Assembly: GCA_964548435.1 (NCBI GenBank)
Contig: CAZJRG010000001.1
Span: forward strand, 152 to 64,151
Direction of reading: 5' to 3'
DNA: 64,000 nucleotides
Source: an uncultured Sulfurimonas sp.
Lineage (GTDB): Bacteria; Campylobacterota; Campylobacteria; Campylobacterales; Sulfurimonadaceae
The translations under genes and the position numbers were made by a program. The notes under the pieces were generated by a model that saw only the letters and a program-made list of their open reading frames with translations, had not been told where the DNA came from and did no database searches. Positions 18,948-27,633 of this stretch are shown here, piece after piece (positions within the stretch are counted from its first letter, which is position 1; every line of letters begins with the position of its first letter).

Positions 18948-20690
18948 TTATAGCGTCTCTTCAAAATTTTTGATGTAACGACTCTTTTTTGACTCTTTCA
19001 TACGGGAGTTGTCAGCGATGATAAACCCCTCCACTACTCCATGAAGTTTCTCATTGATACTAAAATCAAAAAAGCGAAACGCCCCCTCTTCGTAGAGCTC
19101 TGCATACTGTTTAAAGAGTGTTGGCACTACACAACCAAGCTCTTTAAGGTAGCGTTTGAGCTCCACAAAACCATCTTTGTAACTCTTATACTTAAAGAGC
19201 TCATCAAACTCTGTTTTATCGTCATAGCTCATATAGTAAGGCTCTTTGGCACTCATCATCTTTGACTCACACGAGAAGTGGTGTGAGTAGAAGTAGACGA
19301 GAGCTGCGACAGCTTTTCTAGGGGTGTCTGCGTTTATGGTGACAATCCCGTAGGTGTAGATGATACGGGGGTTGTTTGCCAAGTAAGCTCCCACACCTTG
19401 CCAGAGATTGTCAAGCGCACGACTTCCCCAGTAACGCGGCTGCACAAAGCTGCGACCAAGCTCGACGGAGTTTTGCGTGTAGGTGGCGAACTCCTCGCTA
19501 AAGTCGCACTGGTTATAGGTGTAGAGCCCCTCCATACCGCGATGCGCAATGATGTCGTTCACCTCACCAATGCGATACGCTCCGACGATCTCGAGCTCAT
19601 CTTCATCCCAGAGCACAAGATGCTTATAGTAGTTGTCATAGAGATCGTTGTCTTTGGCACCACCCGTTCCGCCCCCTATGGCGCGAAAAGAGATCTCGCG
19701 TACACGTCCTAGCTCTTGCATCAAAAATGGAGCATGCTGCGACTCGGCGAGCACTATGAGCTTGCCATCTTGAGTGCGTCCAAGTTTTGTTGCTGCTGCT
19801 ATCTCTTTTTTGAGGAGGATTTTGTTGCTCGCTGGCGTGATGGTCACCTCTGTTTTTAAGAACCCTTTTTGCTGAGTGCCAAGCGTGTAGAGATGTCGAT
19901 AAAAAAGCTCCATGTACTCCTGCAGGGTTCTACGCTCATCACTAAATGCACGCAGCGGAATAACACGCCCGATGTGAAACTTCAAATCCTGGCGTTTTGA
20001 AGCAGTCGCAAACTCGTGTGGCAGCATCATAGCACTCAAACGCAGCGGCAAAAAGAGCGAGAGAAAGTAGAAAAGTTTAGAGTTTCTTGCCTCTATCTTG
20101 ATGGGCAAAATCGGTGCTGTGTTTTTGCGTGCAAAACGCAAGAAGCTAGGCTGCCATGCAAAATCTTTTATACCTCCAAAACGCCATCTACTAACAATTC
20201 CCGCTGGAAAAATGATGATCGCCTCCTCATTTTGCAGTGCAGTGTCGATGGCTTTGAGAGACTTTTTAGTGATAGCGCCCGTGATGTTGTCCACGGGAAT
20301 GATAATCTCACTGGCTTGTGTGACACTCATAAACATCCCATTGACCATCAGTTTTACACGCTTGTCCTCTCTGGCATTTGCGATGAGCTCATAGAGGGCA
20401 AAAGCGTCAGAACCACCTGTAATGTGGTTTGCCACAACGATGAGTCTCCCAGTGGAGGGGATGTTTTTGAGCTCTTTTGGCTTAAGTGTGTAGGTGATGC
20501 CAAGATGCTCGACCATACTCTCGACAAACTCCAAACCACTAAGGTAGTGGTTTTTGGCATAAATCCCATTGTAAAGCTCTTCATGAAAGAGTCCCTTCAT
20601 AAAACGCAGCAGAGGCTCTCTTACAAACGCAGGGGCATAGTGCATAAACCGAGGAAAACGGCTTAAAAATATCTTCTCAATCTCAATCAT
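18948..20690 (-). CDS. Bifunctional acyltransferase, OlsF-like (PlsC-type acyltransferase + OlsB-like N-acyltransferase); putative aminolipid synthase
   Basis: The N-terminal half has GRLIVVANHITGGSDAF (H-x5-D acyltransferase box) and FPAG. The C-terminal half has RVREISFRAIGGGTGGAKDNDLYDNYYKHLVLWDEDELEIVGAYRIG, the OlsB/hemolysin-like GNAT pattern. 580 aa. Confidence 0.7.
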   Translation of the reverse strand: MIEIEKIFLSRFPRFMHYAPAFVREPLLRFMKGLFHEELYNGIYAKNHYLSGLEFVESMVEHLGITYTLKPKELKNIPSTGRLIVVANHITGGSDAFALYELIANAREDKRVKLMVNGMFMSVTQASEIIIPVDNITGAITKKSLKAIDTALQNEEAIIIFPAGIVSRWRFGGIKDFAWQPSFLRFARKNTAPILPIKIEARNSKLFYFLSLFLPLRLSAMMLPHEFATASKRQDLKFHIGRVIPLRAFSDERRTLQEYMELFYRHLYTLGTQQKGFLKTEVTITPASNKILLKKEIAAATKLGRTQDGKLIVLAESQHAPFLMQELGRVREISFRAIGGGTGGAKDNDLYDNYYKHLVLWDEDELEIVGAYRIGEVNDIIAHRGMEGLYTYNQCDFSEEFATYTQNSVELGRSFVQPRYWGSRALDNLWQGVGAYLANNPRIIYTYGIVTINADTPRKAVAALVYFYSHHFSCESKMMSAKEPYYMSYDDKTEFDELFKYKSYKDGFVELKRYLKELGCVVPTLFKQYAELYEEGAFRFFDFSINEKLHGVVEGFIIADNSRMKESKKSRYIKNFEETL

Positions 20691-20705
20691 CTCATAAACT
20701 CCATA

Positions 20706-23000
20706 CTAAATCAGTTTGCTTGGCTCTGCACGATCGATGCGACTAAGCACTGCAGGGAGCAAAAGCAGATCTACTGCAAGTGCTAAAGAGAGTGCTATGG
20801 CACACAAAAGTCCAAAGTGCGCATTGAGCATAAACTGTGAAAACGAAAAAACAAAAAATGCACAGCAGAGGGTGAGAGTGGTAAAGAGCATCGCTCCACC
20901 TCCATAGCGCATCACATACAGAAGCGATGCCTCCACTGATTTTGCCTCTCTCCTTGCCTCTTGATACTTGAGTAAAAAGTGAATGGTATCATCCACCGCA
21001 ATTCCCAAAATAATCGCTCCCGAGATCGCTATGCCTATATCTACACGCATCCCAAGCCACCCCATAACACCAAGCACAAGAAGGATTGGCAAGAGGTTTG
21101 GGATGAGAAAAACAGGAATCATCCGTAGATTTTTAAATACAAACGCCATCACCACACAGATAACTCCCAGAGCAATGAGTGTCGAGTTTACAAGTGTCTC
21201 TGTCACATCTTGCTGCATCTTGGCAAACATGGCACTCTGTCCAGTAACCTCGACGCCATAAGGTGTCTTACTCCACCAGTTTTCTATCCAAGCAATCATC
21301 TCAAGATCTTTAGAGGTATCGCTCACGTTCATCGAGAGCGATATGCGTAGCCTACGCTCGTCTATGTCCATCTTATCATTTATCTCCATGCCTTGTGGAA
21401 GCGAGAGTGAGTAGAGCAGAAGATACTGTGCGATGAGATTTTTATCACTTGGGACACTCTTACTTGATGCAAGAAGCTCGTTAAAACGCTTCACAACATC
21501 TACAAGCGAAGCGGCATGTCTGGCATCATCAAAACGTGCTAAAAACTCCTGCGAAAAACGCTCCACACACTTCATAAACGCAGGCTCTTTGATGCCATCG
21601 TTGTGAAGCGAATCAGCGACCACTTCATAAGTAAGCGGACCTGTGAGCTCCTCTTCTATAAACTGCACACTCTTGACAAACGCTACATCTTCGCGGAAAT
21701 ATCGCACGGCGTTTGAGTCTATCTGCAACTGTGTTATGCCAAGCGCTATGCCAAACGCCATGAGTGAAAAGAGTGCGATAATGCGTCGCTCGTTTGCTAA
21801 GACAAAAGCGACGTATCGCGCAAGAAAACGACCTGTTAAGCCACTGCTTTTTTCTGCTGGGCTTGGTGTGATATTTAGAGCCAAAATGCTTAAAAGTGCT
21901 GGAACAAAAGTGATGGTGAGCACAAACGCAATGATTGCACCCGTAGCCGTAGCGATGCCAAGCGTTGCAACGGGAAGAATGTTTGAGATGCCAAGAGAGG
22001 CAAAGCCTACAGTCGTAGTGAGTGAGGTTAAAAAGAGTGGCAGAAAATTTTTACGCACACTGGAAAAAATAGCCTCTTGACTACTCATGCCACCCCTGCG
22101 CTCGAGGATATAGACCCAGATAAGATGCATCGCATCGGCGATACCAATGGCAATGATAAAGACAGGCATATTTGCGGTGAAGTTGTTAAACTTATACCCA
22201 AACAAAACCTGCAGCGCCATAACGATAGTAAAAGTAAAGATCACCACTAAAAGTGTCATCGACACCGCACTCATACGACGCAGCACAAAGTAAAGAACCG
22301 CCATGGCTATGACAATACTCAAAGGCGTAAATGTACTTACATCGTGGAGTGCAAGCGAGGCAAAAGTCTGGTTGACCACAGGTCCACCCGCAAGATGAAA
22401 AACATACCCACTGGAGTGCTCCTCTTGAAGATAGCCCTCTAATGCTTCTAAGATGGTGCGAGACGCACCTATGGTTCGTCCCCCTTTTGGAGTGATGCGA
22501 GCCACTATCATGGTGGTTTTTGCATCTTCACTGATGATGCGACCTAGAAGCATATCCTCTTGGAGTGCGATGCGTTTTTTCTCGTCAAGCTGCGCCGATG
22601 AGAGTCTGCTTACATCTTCAATGAAACTCTCCACAATGACATCATCTAAAGCACCCGCCTCTACATGCACATACTGATAGTTTGTAATGGAGTCTACCCT
22701 TGCGATATAGGGTGTTTGCCAAAGTTTTTGTGTAAGACGCTCCACTACACCAAGTGCCTTAGGAGTGAAAATCCCCTCTTCATCACGAAAGAGAATGATC
22801 ATGGAGTCATCATTACCAAAACGCTCCTTAAAGAGGTCATAGCGTTTGAGTGTCTGTGACTCGGGTGCAAACCAGATTCTGTACGAACCATCAAACGCAG
22901 CGTCTTTAAGGAGATATGCGCAGACAAACGCGATAAGCGGTGTTGCAACCACGATGAACCAGCGAAACTTTATGAGTAACCCAACAAATCTCTCCATCAA
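20706..23000 (-). CDS. RND-superfamily MMPL/HpnN-like exporter (COG1033 type)
   Basis: 764 aa. Two repeats, each a large soluble loop followed by a ~5-6-helix hydrophobic bundle. GIADAMHLIW and GIAVDDTIHFLLKYQEAR motifs, one after each bundle start. Confidence 0.85.
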   Translation of the reverse strand: MMERFVGLLIKFRWFIVVATPLIAFVCAYLLKDAAFDGSYRIWFAPESQTLKRYDLFKERFGNDDSMIILFRDEEGIFTPKALGVVERLTQKLWQTPYIARVDSITNYQYVHVEAGALDDVIVESFIEDVSRLSSAQLDEKKRIALQEDMLLGRIISEDAKTTMIVARITPKGGRTIGASRTILEALEGYLQEEHSSGYVFHLAGGPVVNQTFASLALHDVSTFTPLSIVIAMAVLYFVLRRMSAVSMTLLVVIFTFTIVMALQVLFGYKFNNFTANMPVFIIAIGIADAMHLIWVYILERRGGMSSQEAIFSSVRKNFLPLFLTSLTTTVGFASLGISNILPVATLGIATATGAIIAFVLTITFVPALLSILALNITPSPAEKSSGLTGRFLARYVAFVLANERRIIALFSLMAFGIALGITQLQIDSNAVRYFREDVAFVKSVQFIEEELTGPLTYEVVADSLHNDGIKEPAFMKCVERFSQEFLARFDDARHAASLVDVVKRFNELLASSKSVPSDKNLIAQYLLLYSLSLPQGMEINDKMDIDERRLRISLSMNVSDTSKDLEMIAWIENWWSKTPYGVEVTGQSAMFAKMQQDVTETLVNSTLIALGVICVVMAFVFKNLRMIPVFLIPNLLPILLVLGVMGWLGMRVDIGIAISGAIILGIAVDDTIHFLLKYQEARREAKSVEASLLYVMRYGGGAMLFTTLTLCCAFFVFSFSQFMLNAHFGLLCAIALSLALAVDLLLLPAVLSRIDRAEPSKLI

Positions 23001-24658
23001 AATGCAGCTCCCAAACGCAGACTTAAACGCTCATGACGCCCCATGAGTCTAAACGCAGTCATCTCGCTTAGAGATGGCTCAATCACTCTGTAGTCAAAAT
23101 CAAGCTTCAAAAAGTCCCAAAATCGTCCGCTATACTCAAGGTAGTAAAGCTCCTCGCCATAAGCCATATCGGCTACCACACCTGCACTCACGCTACTCTC
23201 TTGAGTATCATCGAGATCAAGACGCGCACCCACGAAAAGATCATTCTCAAAGATTTCAAAAAGCTCTATATCACTGCGTTTACTCTTGTCAAAAGTGGTG
23301 TAGCTGTAGTATTCGCCCAGTAAAGAGAGCTCTCCTAAATCAAACACCCTCCCAACACCCTGCTCCACACCAAAACCTATGTGCATGTAGTCTGAGATGA
23401 TTTTATCTTCTAAGACATCGCTGTAGAGTGCTTCGAGTTTATAGAGCGTACTTCCTACTACAAGGGTGTTGTAGGTGCTGATTTTATTTACAAGATAGGC
23501 ATTCTCTTGTGTGATGCTCTGAGTGAGATCACCAAGGAGTGTAGCAGAGTAGTAACGCTGCGAATCGTAGCCGTTTTGAACTATAAAAGCATAATCAAGC
23601 GCGACATCTCCATCTAAGCTTCCCGAGTAGGTGAGATAGAGTGTTGGACGGTATGAACCCGCTTCGCTTAGAAGCTCCTCTTTATAGATGTAAGGAAGTC
23701 CGCCACGCTCTTTTGGAAAGTAGTAGTAGACATAAGGGTATGCCGCCATGGAGCGCTCTTGTTCATAAAACTTTACAATGAAACTGAGTGCTCCACTCTG
23801 TGTAAAGTGGGAGTACGAAGCGTTATAAACGCCAAGCTTATCCATAGAAAAAGGGTCATCTCTGAGCTCTACAGGATTAAACCCATCCGTAATGTTTCGC
23901 GCTTCCAAAGCTCCCCAAAAACGGATGCTTTTACCCACAAGTATCTGATCATTCTCAAAATCATACGCACCATAAAGCTCATCAAGACGCACAAAAGTAC
24001 GCTCATTTTTCTCCTTTGTCGCCACATCGGAGTAGTCAGCTTGTCCTTTGAACTTTGTAGCAAGTGTAAGTGCGTCTCTCTCATAACGCAGACCAAGAGT
24101 GCTCATGGCACTTAAGTTATAGAGATTTTTTTCTTTTGGAGCTTGAAAGTAGTTCTGAGCTACGAGGGCTACCTCCGCACTTACACTTACATCATCTAAA
24201 AAGCTCGACTCTGTTGGCAGTAGTGTTTCACTCTCTTTTTGAGCACTCAAAGGAGTTTGCAAACCATAAGAAGATACTACTTCTTGGACTGTTTTTGCAG
24301 GTTTTATGCTCTTTTTTTGCTTTGGTGGCGCTATCTTTTTTTGTTGATGTTGCACTCTGCTTTTTGGCTTAAAGCGTGTTTTATATGTACTTACAAGTGC
24401 CGCATCTGGATAAAAATAGCTCAGATCCTCATGAGCATTTTTAGCATCTTTATAGTTTTCAAAACAGCCACATCGCACTGCGTTTATCTTACCAAATGAG
24501 ATAAGTTGGCACTGCTTTGGGTAGTCCTGTGCGTCAAAATCATAAGTAGAATTTTTCTTAAAAACAAAACTAGTTAGCTGAACGGAGTAGCAAGTCTGTG
24601 AAGATGAAGCCCAGAGAAAACTGCTACACACAAGCAAAATCAAGAGCTTTAACACCAT
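22997..24658 (-). CDS. Secreted SPOR-like domain fused to a predicted outer-membrane beta-barrel
   Basis: Signal peptide MVLKLLILLVCSSFLWA/SSS. YSVQLTSF...NAVRCGCFENYKDAKNAHEDL..YPDAALVS fits the SPOR pattern. A Lys/Pro-rich linker follows, then ~400 aa of alternating Tyr/Gly-rich strands ending in ...RLSLRLGAAF (C-terminal aromatic). Start moved to ATG 24658 (AGGTG 8 nt upstream). Confidence 0.6.
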   Translation of the reverse strand: MVLKLLILLVCSSFLWASSSQTCYSVQLTSFVFKKNSTYDFDAQDYPKQCQLISFGKINAVRCGCFENYKDAKNAHEDLSYFYPDAALVSTYKTRFKPKSRVQHQQKKIAPPKQKKSIKPAKTVQEVVSSYGLQTPLSAQKESETLLPTESSFLDDVSVSAEVALVAQNYFQAPKEKNLYNLSAMSTLGLRYERDALTLATKFKGQADYSDVATKEKNERTFVRLDELYGAYDFENDQILVGKSIRFWGALEARNITDGFNPVELRDDPFSMDKLGVYNASYSHFTQSGALSFIVKFYEQERSMAAYPYVYYYFPKERGGLPYIYKEELLSEAGSYRPTLYLTYSGSLDGDVALDYAFIVQNGYDSQRYYSATLLGDLTQSITQENAYLVNKISTYNTLVVGSTLYKLEALYSDVLEDKIISDYMHIGFGVEQGVGRVFDLGELSLLGEYYSYTTFDKSKRSDIELFEIFENDLFVGARLDLDDTQESSVSAGVVADMAYGEELYYLEYSGRFWDFLKLDFDYRVIEPSLSEMTAFRLMGRHERLSLRLGAAF

Positions 24659-24769
24659 CGAACACACCTGTATCTATATAATTTTTTTTTATACTAACAC
24701 AGATAAAAATTAAAATGTGATAAAAAAGTAATAAAATTGAAAAAAATTAAAAATGTGTAACCAAAATGT

Positions 24770-25099
24770 TTACAAAGTGATATTTTCAACCATAGTAACA
24801 CTCTGTGGTGTCACTATAAGTGCATCAAAAACAAAAACACCGTCATACCCATTTGCACTCATGTAGATCTGTGCCGTTTTAATGAGACGAGAGAGTTTTT
24901 TTGGGGTGATGTTCTGAATGGCAAGCTCAAAATCCTCCGCACTCTTTACCTCAACAAAATGTAGAGCCTCTTCCTTCGTCGCGATAATATCGATCTCACC
25001 AAAACGCGAGTAGTAATTTCGCTCGACGATACTAAAACCTGCATCATACAAAAAGCGGCTTCCTCTCTCTTCGGCTGCATCTCCCTTGACTCTACTCAT
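24770..25099 (-). CDS. yraN: YraN-family (UPF0102) endonuclease-like protein
   Basis: 109 aa. GDAAEE....FL...GF.IVERNY..RFGEIDIIA....LHFVEVKS pattern. Confidence 0.8.
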   Translation of the reverse strand: MSRVKGDAAEERGSRFLYDAGFSIVERNYYSRFGEIDIIATKEEALHFVEVKSAEDFELAIQNITPKKLSRLIKTAQIYMSANGYDGVFVFDALIVTPQSVTMVENITL

Positions 25100-25153
25100 C
25101 TCATGGACTCTCTTTTTTCAAATGTTCTTATCACAATTTTAACATAAACTTTA

Positions 25154-25421
25154 AGGGCACCTCTAAAAACTCTAAAAGGCTTCAGCTCTTAAGAGTTTTT
25201 CACAATCAAGGCACTCTTTTGAAGCCCTAGCCAAAGCTAAGGCGAGAAAGAGTAACGAAGAGTGTGGATCACTCTTAAGAGCCCTACGGGAGGGTTTAAA
25301 AAAGCGATATGGCTTAAAACTTTTTATCACCGTAGCTTTGGCTACGATTCAAAAAAGATTTTAAACCCTTTCATCTTTTTTAACTCCCTCTGAAGTCAAC
25401 TAGAGTTTTTAGAGGTGCTCT
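25154..25421 (+). other. 268-bp structured element with 21-bp terminal inverted repeats flanked by TA (MITE-like element or structured ncRNA)
   Basis: AGGGCACCTCTAAAAACTCTA (25154-25174) against TAGAGTTTTTAGAGGTGCTCT (25401-25421), 20/21 complementary, with TA on both outer sides (25152-25153 and 25422-25423). Nested internal helices are listed in the findings. The only non-Watson-Crick positions are G-T, i.e. G.U if transcribed from the top strand. A T-run follows the 3' end. Confidence 0.6.
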
Positions 25422-25484
25422 TATTTTTGGAGTTTAAAATGAGTGATATTTTAGCTTAAAAAGTTTCATTTAACCTTGAGTCAA

Positions 25485-25490
25485 TATAAT
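25485..25490 (+). promoter_or_regulatory. TATAAT -10 box for the HDOD gene
   Basis: tcaaTATAATgag, 26 nt upstream of ATG 25517. AAGGGG RBS follows. Confidence 0.3.
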
Positions 25491-25516
25491 GAGACGCAAC
25501 TAAAAAAGGGGTATCT

Positions 25517-26323
25517 ATGAGAGCAGTCGTGCTAGAGCAAATAAAGAGTATAGCACCGCTTCCTGAGTCGGTGATGGAAGTGGAAAAAATCTACAAAGAT
25601 CTTGATGCGGGTGTTGTTGAGATGCAAAACGCCATTCAAAAAGATCCCCTCCTTGTGGCAAATGTACTCAGACTTGCTAACTCTCCCTTTTATGGGCTCA
25701 AGACAAAGGTAAATGATCTTCAAAGAGCTGTGGCGCTTCTAGGAAAAAGTGCTATTCGTACCTTCGTACTCAGTAGTATTATTGACTCACAATTTGAGAT
25801 AGACCTTCTCCCTTATGGGATAACTCCAGCCCAGTTTCGTGATGCTTCGGAGTTGCAGATGGCACTTGCTATAGAGTGGTTCTCTAAAGAAGATAAAGAG
25901 AGCTGCTCCATCGTAGCTCCTGCTGCGTTTTTAGGTGATATTGGAAGAGTGCTCATCGCAAAAACACTCTTAGAGAACTCTCTAGAGTGGGAGTTTGAGG
26001 CACTACTTGCAACAGGCGTGACTCTGGAGGAGGCAGAGTTGCAGCTATGCGGGGTAAGTGCACTTGAGGTGAGTGCGGCACTCTTTGAGCAGTGGGGGCT
26101 CGCACCAGAACTGAGCGCACTCATGCGTGCAACTCTGAGACCAGAAGATGCCAAGCAAGAGCTTCAAAAGATGGCGTTTGCACTCAAAGCAATCTATGCA
26201 GTTGTAAGACCAAACGCAACAATTACCCAAGAGAGTAAAGCAGATGCACTGAGCATACTCAAAAGTGCTTCTCTAGAGACGGCTGCGTTTAGTGCGTCAC
26301 TTGAGAAGTTAGAAGAGGTTTAA
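25517..26323 (+). CDS. HDOD-domain signalling protein
   Basis: 268 aa. LPESVMEVEKIYKD.......MQNAIQKDPLLVANVLRLANSPFYGL...V.DLQRAVALLG is the canonical HDOD N-terminal pattern. Confidence 0.85.
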   Translation: MRAVVLEQIKSIAPLPESVMEVEKIYKDLDAGVVEMQNAIQKDPLLVANVLRLANSPFYGLKTKVNDLQRAVALLGKSAIRTFVLSSIIDSQFEIDLLPYGITPAQFRDASELQMALAIEWFSKEDKESCSIVAPAAFLGDIGRVLIAKTLLENSLEWEFEALLATGVTLEEAELQLCGVSALEVSAALFEQWGLAPELSALMRATLRPEDAKQELQKMAFALKAIYAVVRPNATITQESKADALSILKSASLETAAFSASLEKLEEV

Positions 26324-27633
26324 GACTCTTTTTTGCCAAAAAATTTATAAAAAAAGTTCTCTACTAAACGCACTTTCGTTCTACTGAGTGCTAAAGAGCC
26401 CTGTGGAATCGTTCCACTTGTCAGCGTGGTACCCGCTGCGATCATCACATCATCTTCTATGGTGAGAGGTGCAACGAGTTGGCTGTCGCTTCCGATGAAG
26501 ACATTTTTTCCAATGATTGTTTGGTACTTTTTAATACCGTCATAATTACAGGTAATGACTCCCGCTCCGATGTTGGTACCTTCATCTATCACGGCATCGC
26601 CGATGTAGCTTAAATGACCCGCTTTGACACCTTTGAGGTTTGATTTTTTTACTTCAACAAAGTTCCCTATATGAGTCGCTTCAATGAGACTTTGCGGACG
26701 AATGTGCGCTAGCGGTCCGACATCACTCTCTTTGATAACACTCTCCTCTATGACACTATGAGCTTTAATGTGGGAGTTGATGATATGGGATTTTCCTGTG
26801 ATGCGAGATCCATTTTCAAGAGTGCACTCTCCTTCAAACAAAACGTCTGACTCTATGTAGATGGTCTCTGGAAGTTGCATAGCAACACCCGCTTCCATCC
26901 ATTTTGTTTTGATACGCTTTTGCATAATGCTCTCAGCCTCTGCGAGATCTTTTTTAGAGTTGACTCCTTTGAAGTGCTCCTCATCAACCAAGAGTGGTTC
27001 TATGGAGTGATCATCTTTTTTTGCCATAGCGATGATGTCTGTGAGATAGTATTCCGCTTGCGCATTGGCATTGCTTAGTTGCGGTATGTAGTGCTCTAGA
27101 AGTGCTGTTTTAAAGGCATAGATGCCTGCGTTTACAGTAGTGGTGGCAAGCTCTGCGTTATTTGCATCTTTTTGCTCTACGATGTACTCCACGCTCCCTT
27201 GCTGATTTAATATAACACGACCATATCCGCTAGGATCTTTGAGATCAAAAATAGACATGATTATATCTGCATCACTCTGTAAAAAACCCTCTAAAGAAGC
27301 TGCGGTGATGAGTGGCATATCCCCGTTGAGTACAAGAACTCTTGCATGCTTTGGCTTCACATCACGCAGCGCACCACCTGTTCCTGGGAAGTCTATGGCG
27401 TTTTGTTCTACAAAAGTAATGCCATCAAACTCACGTTGCACACTTGCTACAACAGCCTGTTTTTGGTGTGCTACGACAACACTTACATCGTCACTGAGTT
27501 CAAGCGAAGCACTGATGATATGATGGAGCATCGCCTTTCCACTAATAGTATGAAGCACTTTTGCCTTGTCTGATTTCATACGGCTGCCTTTGCCAGCAGC
27601 TAGAATTACTATGCTTATGTTTTTATCGTTCAT
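26320..27633 (-). CDS. glmU: Bifunctional UDP-N-acetylglucosamine pyrophosphorylase / glucosamine-1-phosphate N-acetyltransferase
   Basis: VILAAGKGSRMKS nucleotidyltransferase motif and a C-terminal left-handed beta-helix of hexapeptide repeats. 437 aa. Confidence 0.93.
   Translation of the reverse strand: MNDKNISIVILAAGKGSRMKSDKAKVLHTISGKAMLHHIISASLELSDDVSVVVAHQKQAVVASVQREFDGITFVEQNAIDFPGTGGALRDVKPKHARVLVLNGDMPLITAASLEGFLQSDADIIMSIFDLKDPSGYGRVILNQQGSVEYIVEQKDANNAELATTTVNAGIYAFKTALLEHYIPQLSNANAQAEYYLTDIIAMAKKDDHSIEPLLVDEEHFKGVNSKKDLAEAESIMQKRIKTKWMEAGVAMQLPETIYIESDVLFEGECTLENGSRITGKSHIINSHIKAHSVIEESVIKESDVGPLAHIRPQSLIEATHIGNFVEVKKSNLKGVKAGHLSYIGDAVIDEGTNIGAGVITCNYDGIKKYQTIIGKNVFIGSDSQLVAPLTIEDDVMIAAGTTLTSGTIPQGSLALSRTKVRLVENFFYKFFGKKES

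Noticed and set aside
20016-20666. Long antisense or shadow ORFs in the track (e.g. 20016-20666 +, 38654-39181 -, 8435-8824 +, 11603-12007 +, 21643-22080 +, 52413-52784 -, 53416-53835 -)
   Set aside because: Each lies entirely inside a well-supported gene on the opposite strand. They encode low-complexity or Ser/Leu/Cys-rich sequences without recognisable motifs and lack RBS or promoter context.
25154-25421. Structured intergenic element as a known housekeeping RNA (6S RNA, RNase P RNA, tmRNA, SRP RNA)
   Set aside because: I could not find the conserved RNase P P4 sequences (GGAAAGUCC / ACAGAA..GGCUUA type), a tmRNA tag ORF with a tRNA-like CCA end, the SRP GGAA/AGCA domain IV motifs, or the single long interrupted helix with a central bubble typical of 6S RNA. 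The two-armed architecture fits none of them.
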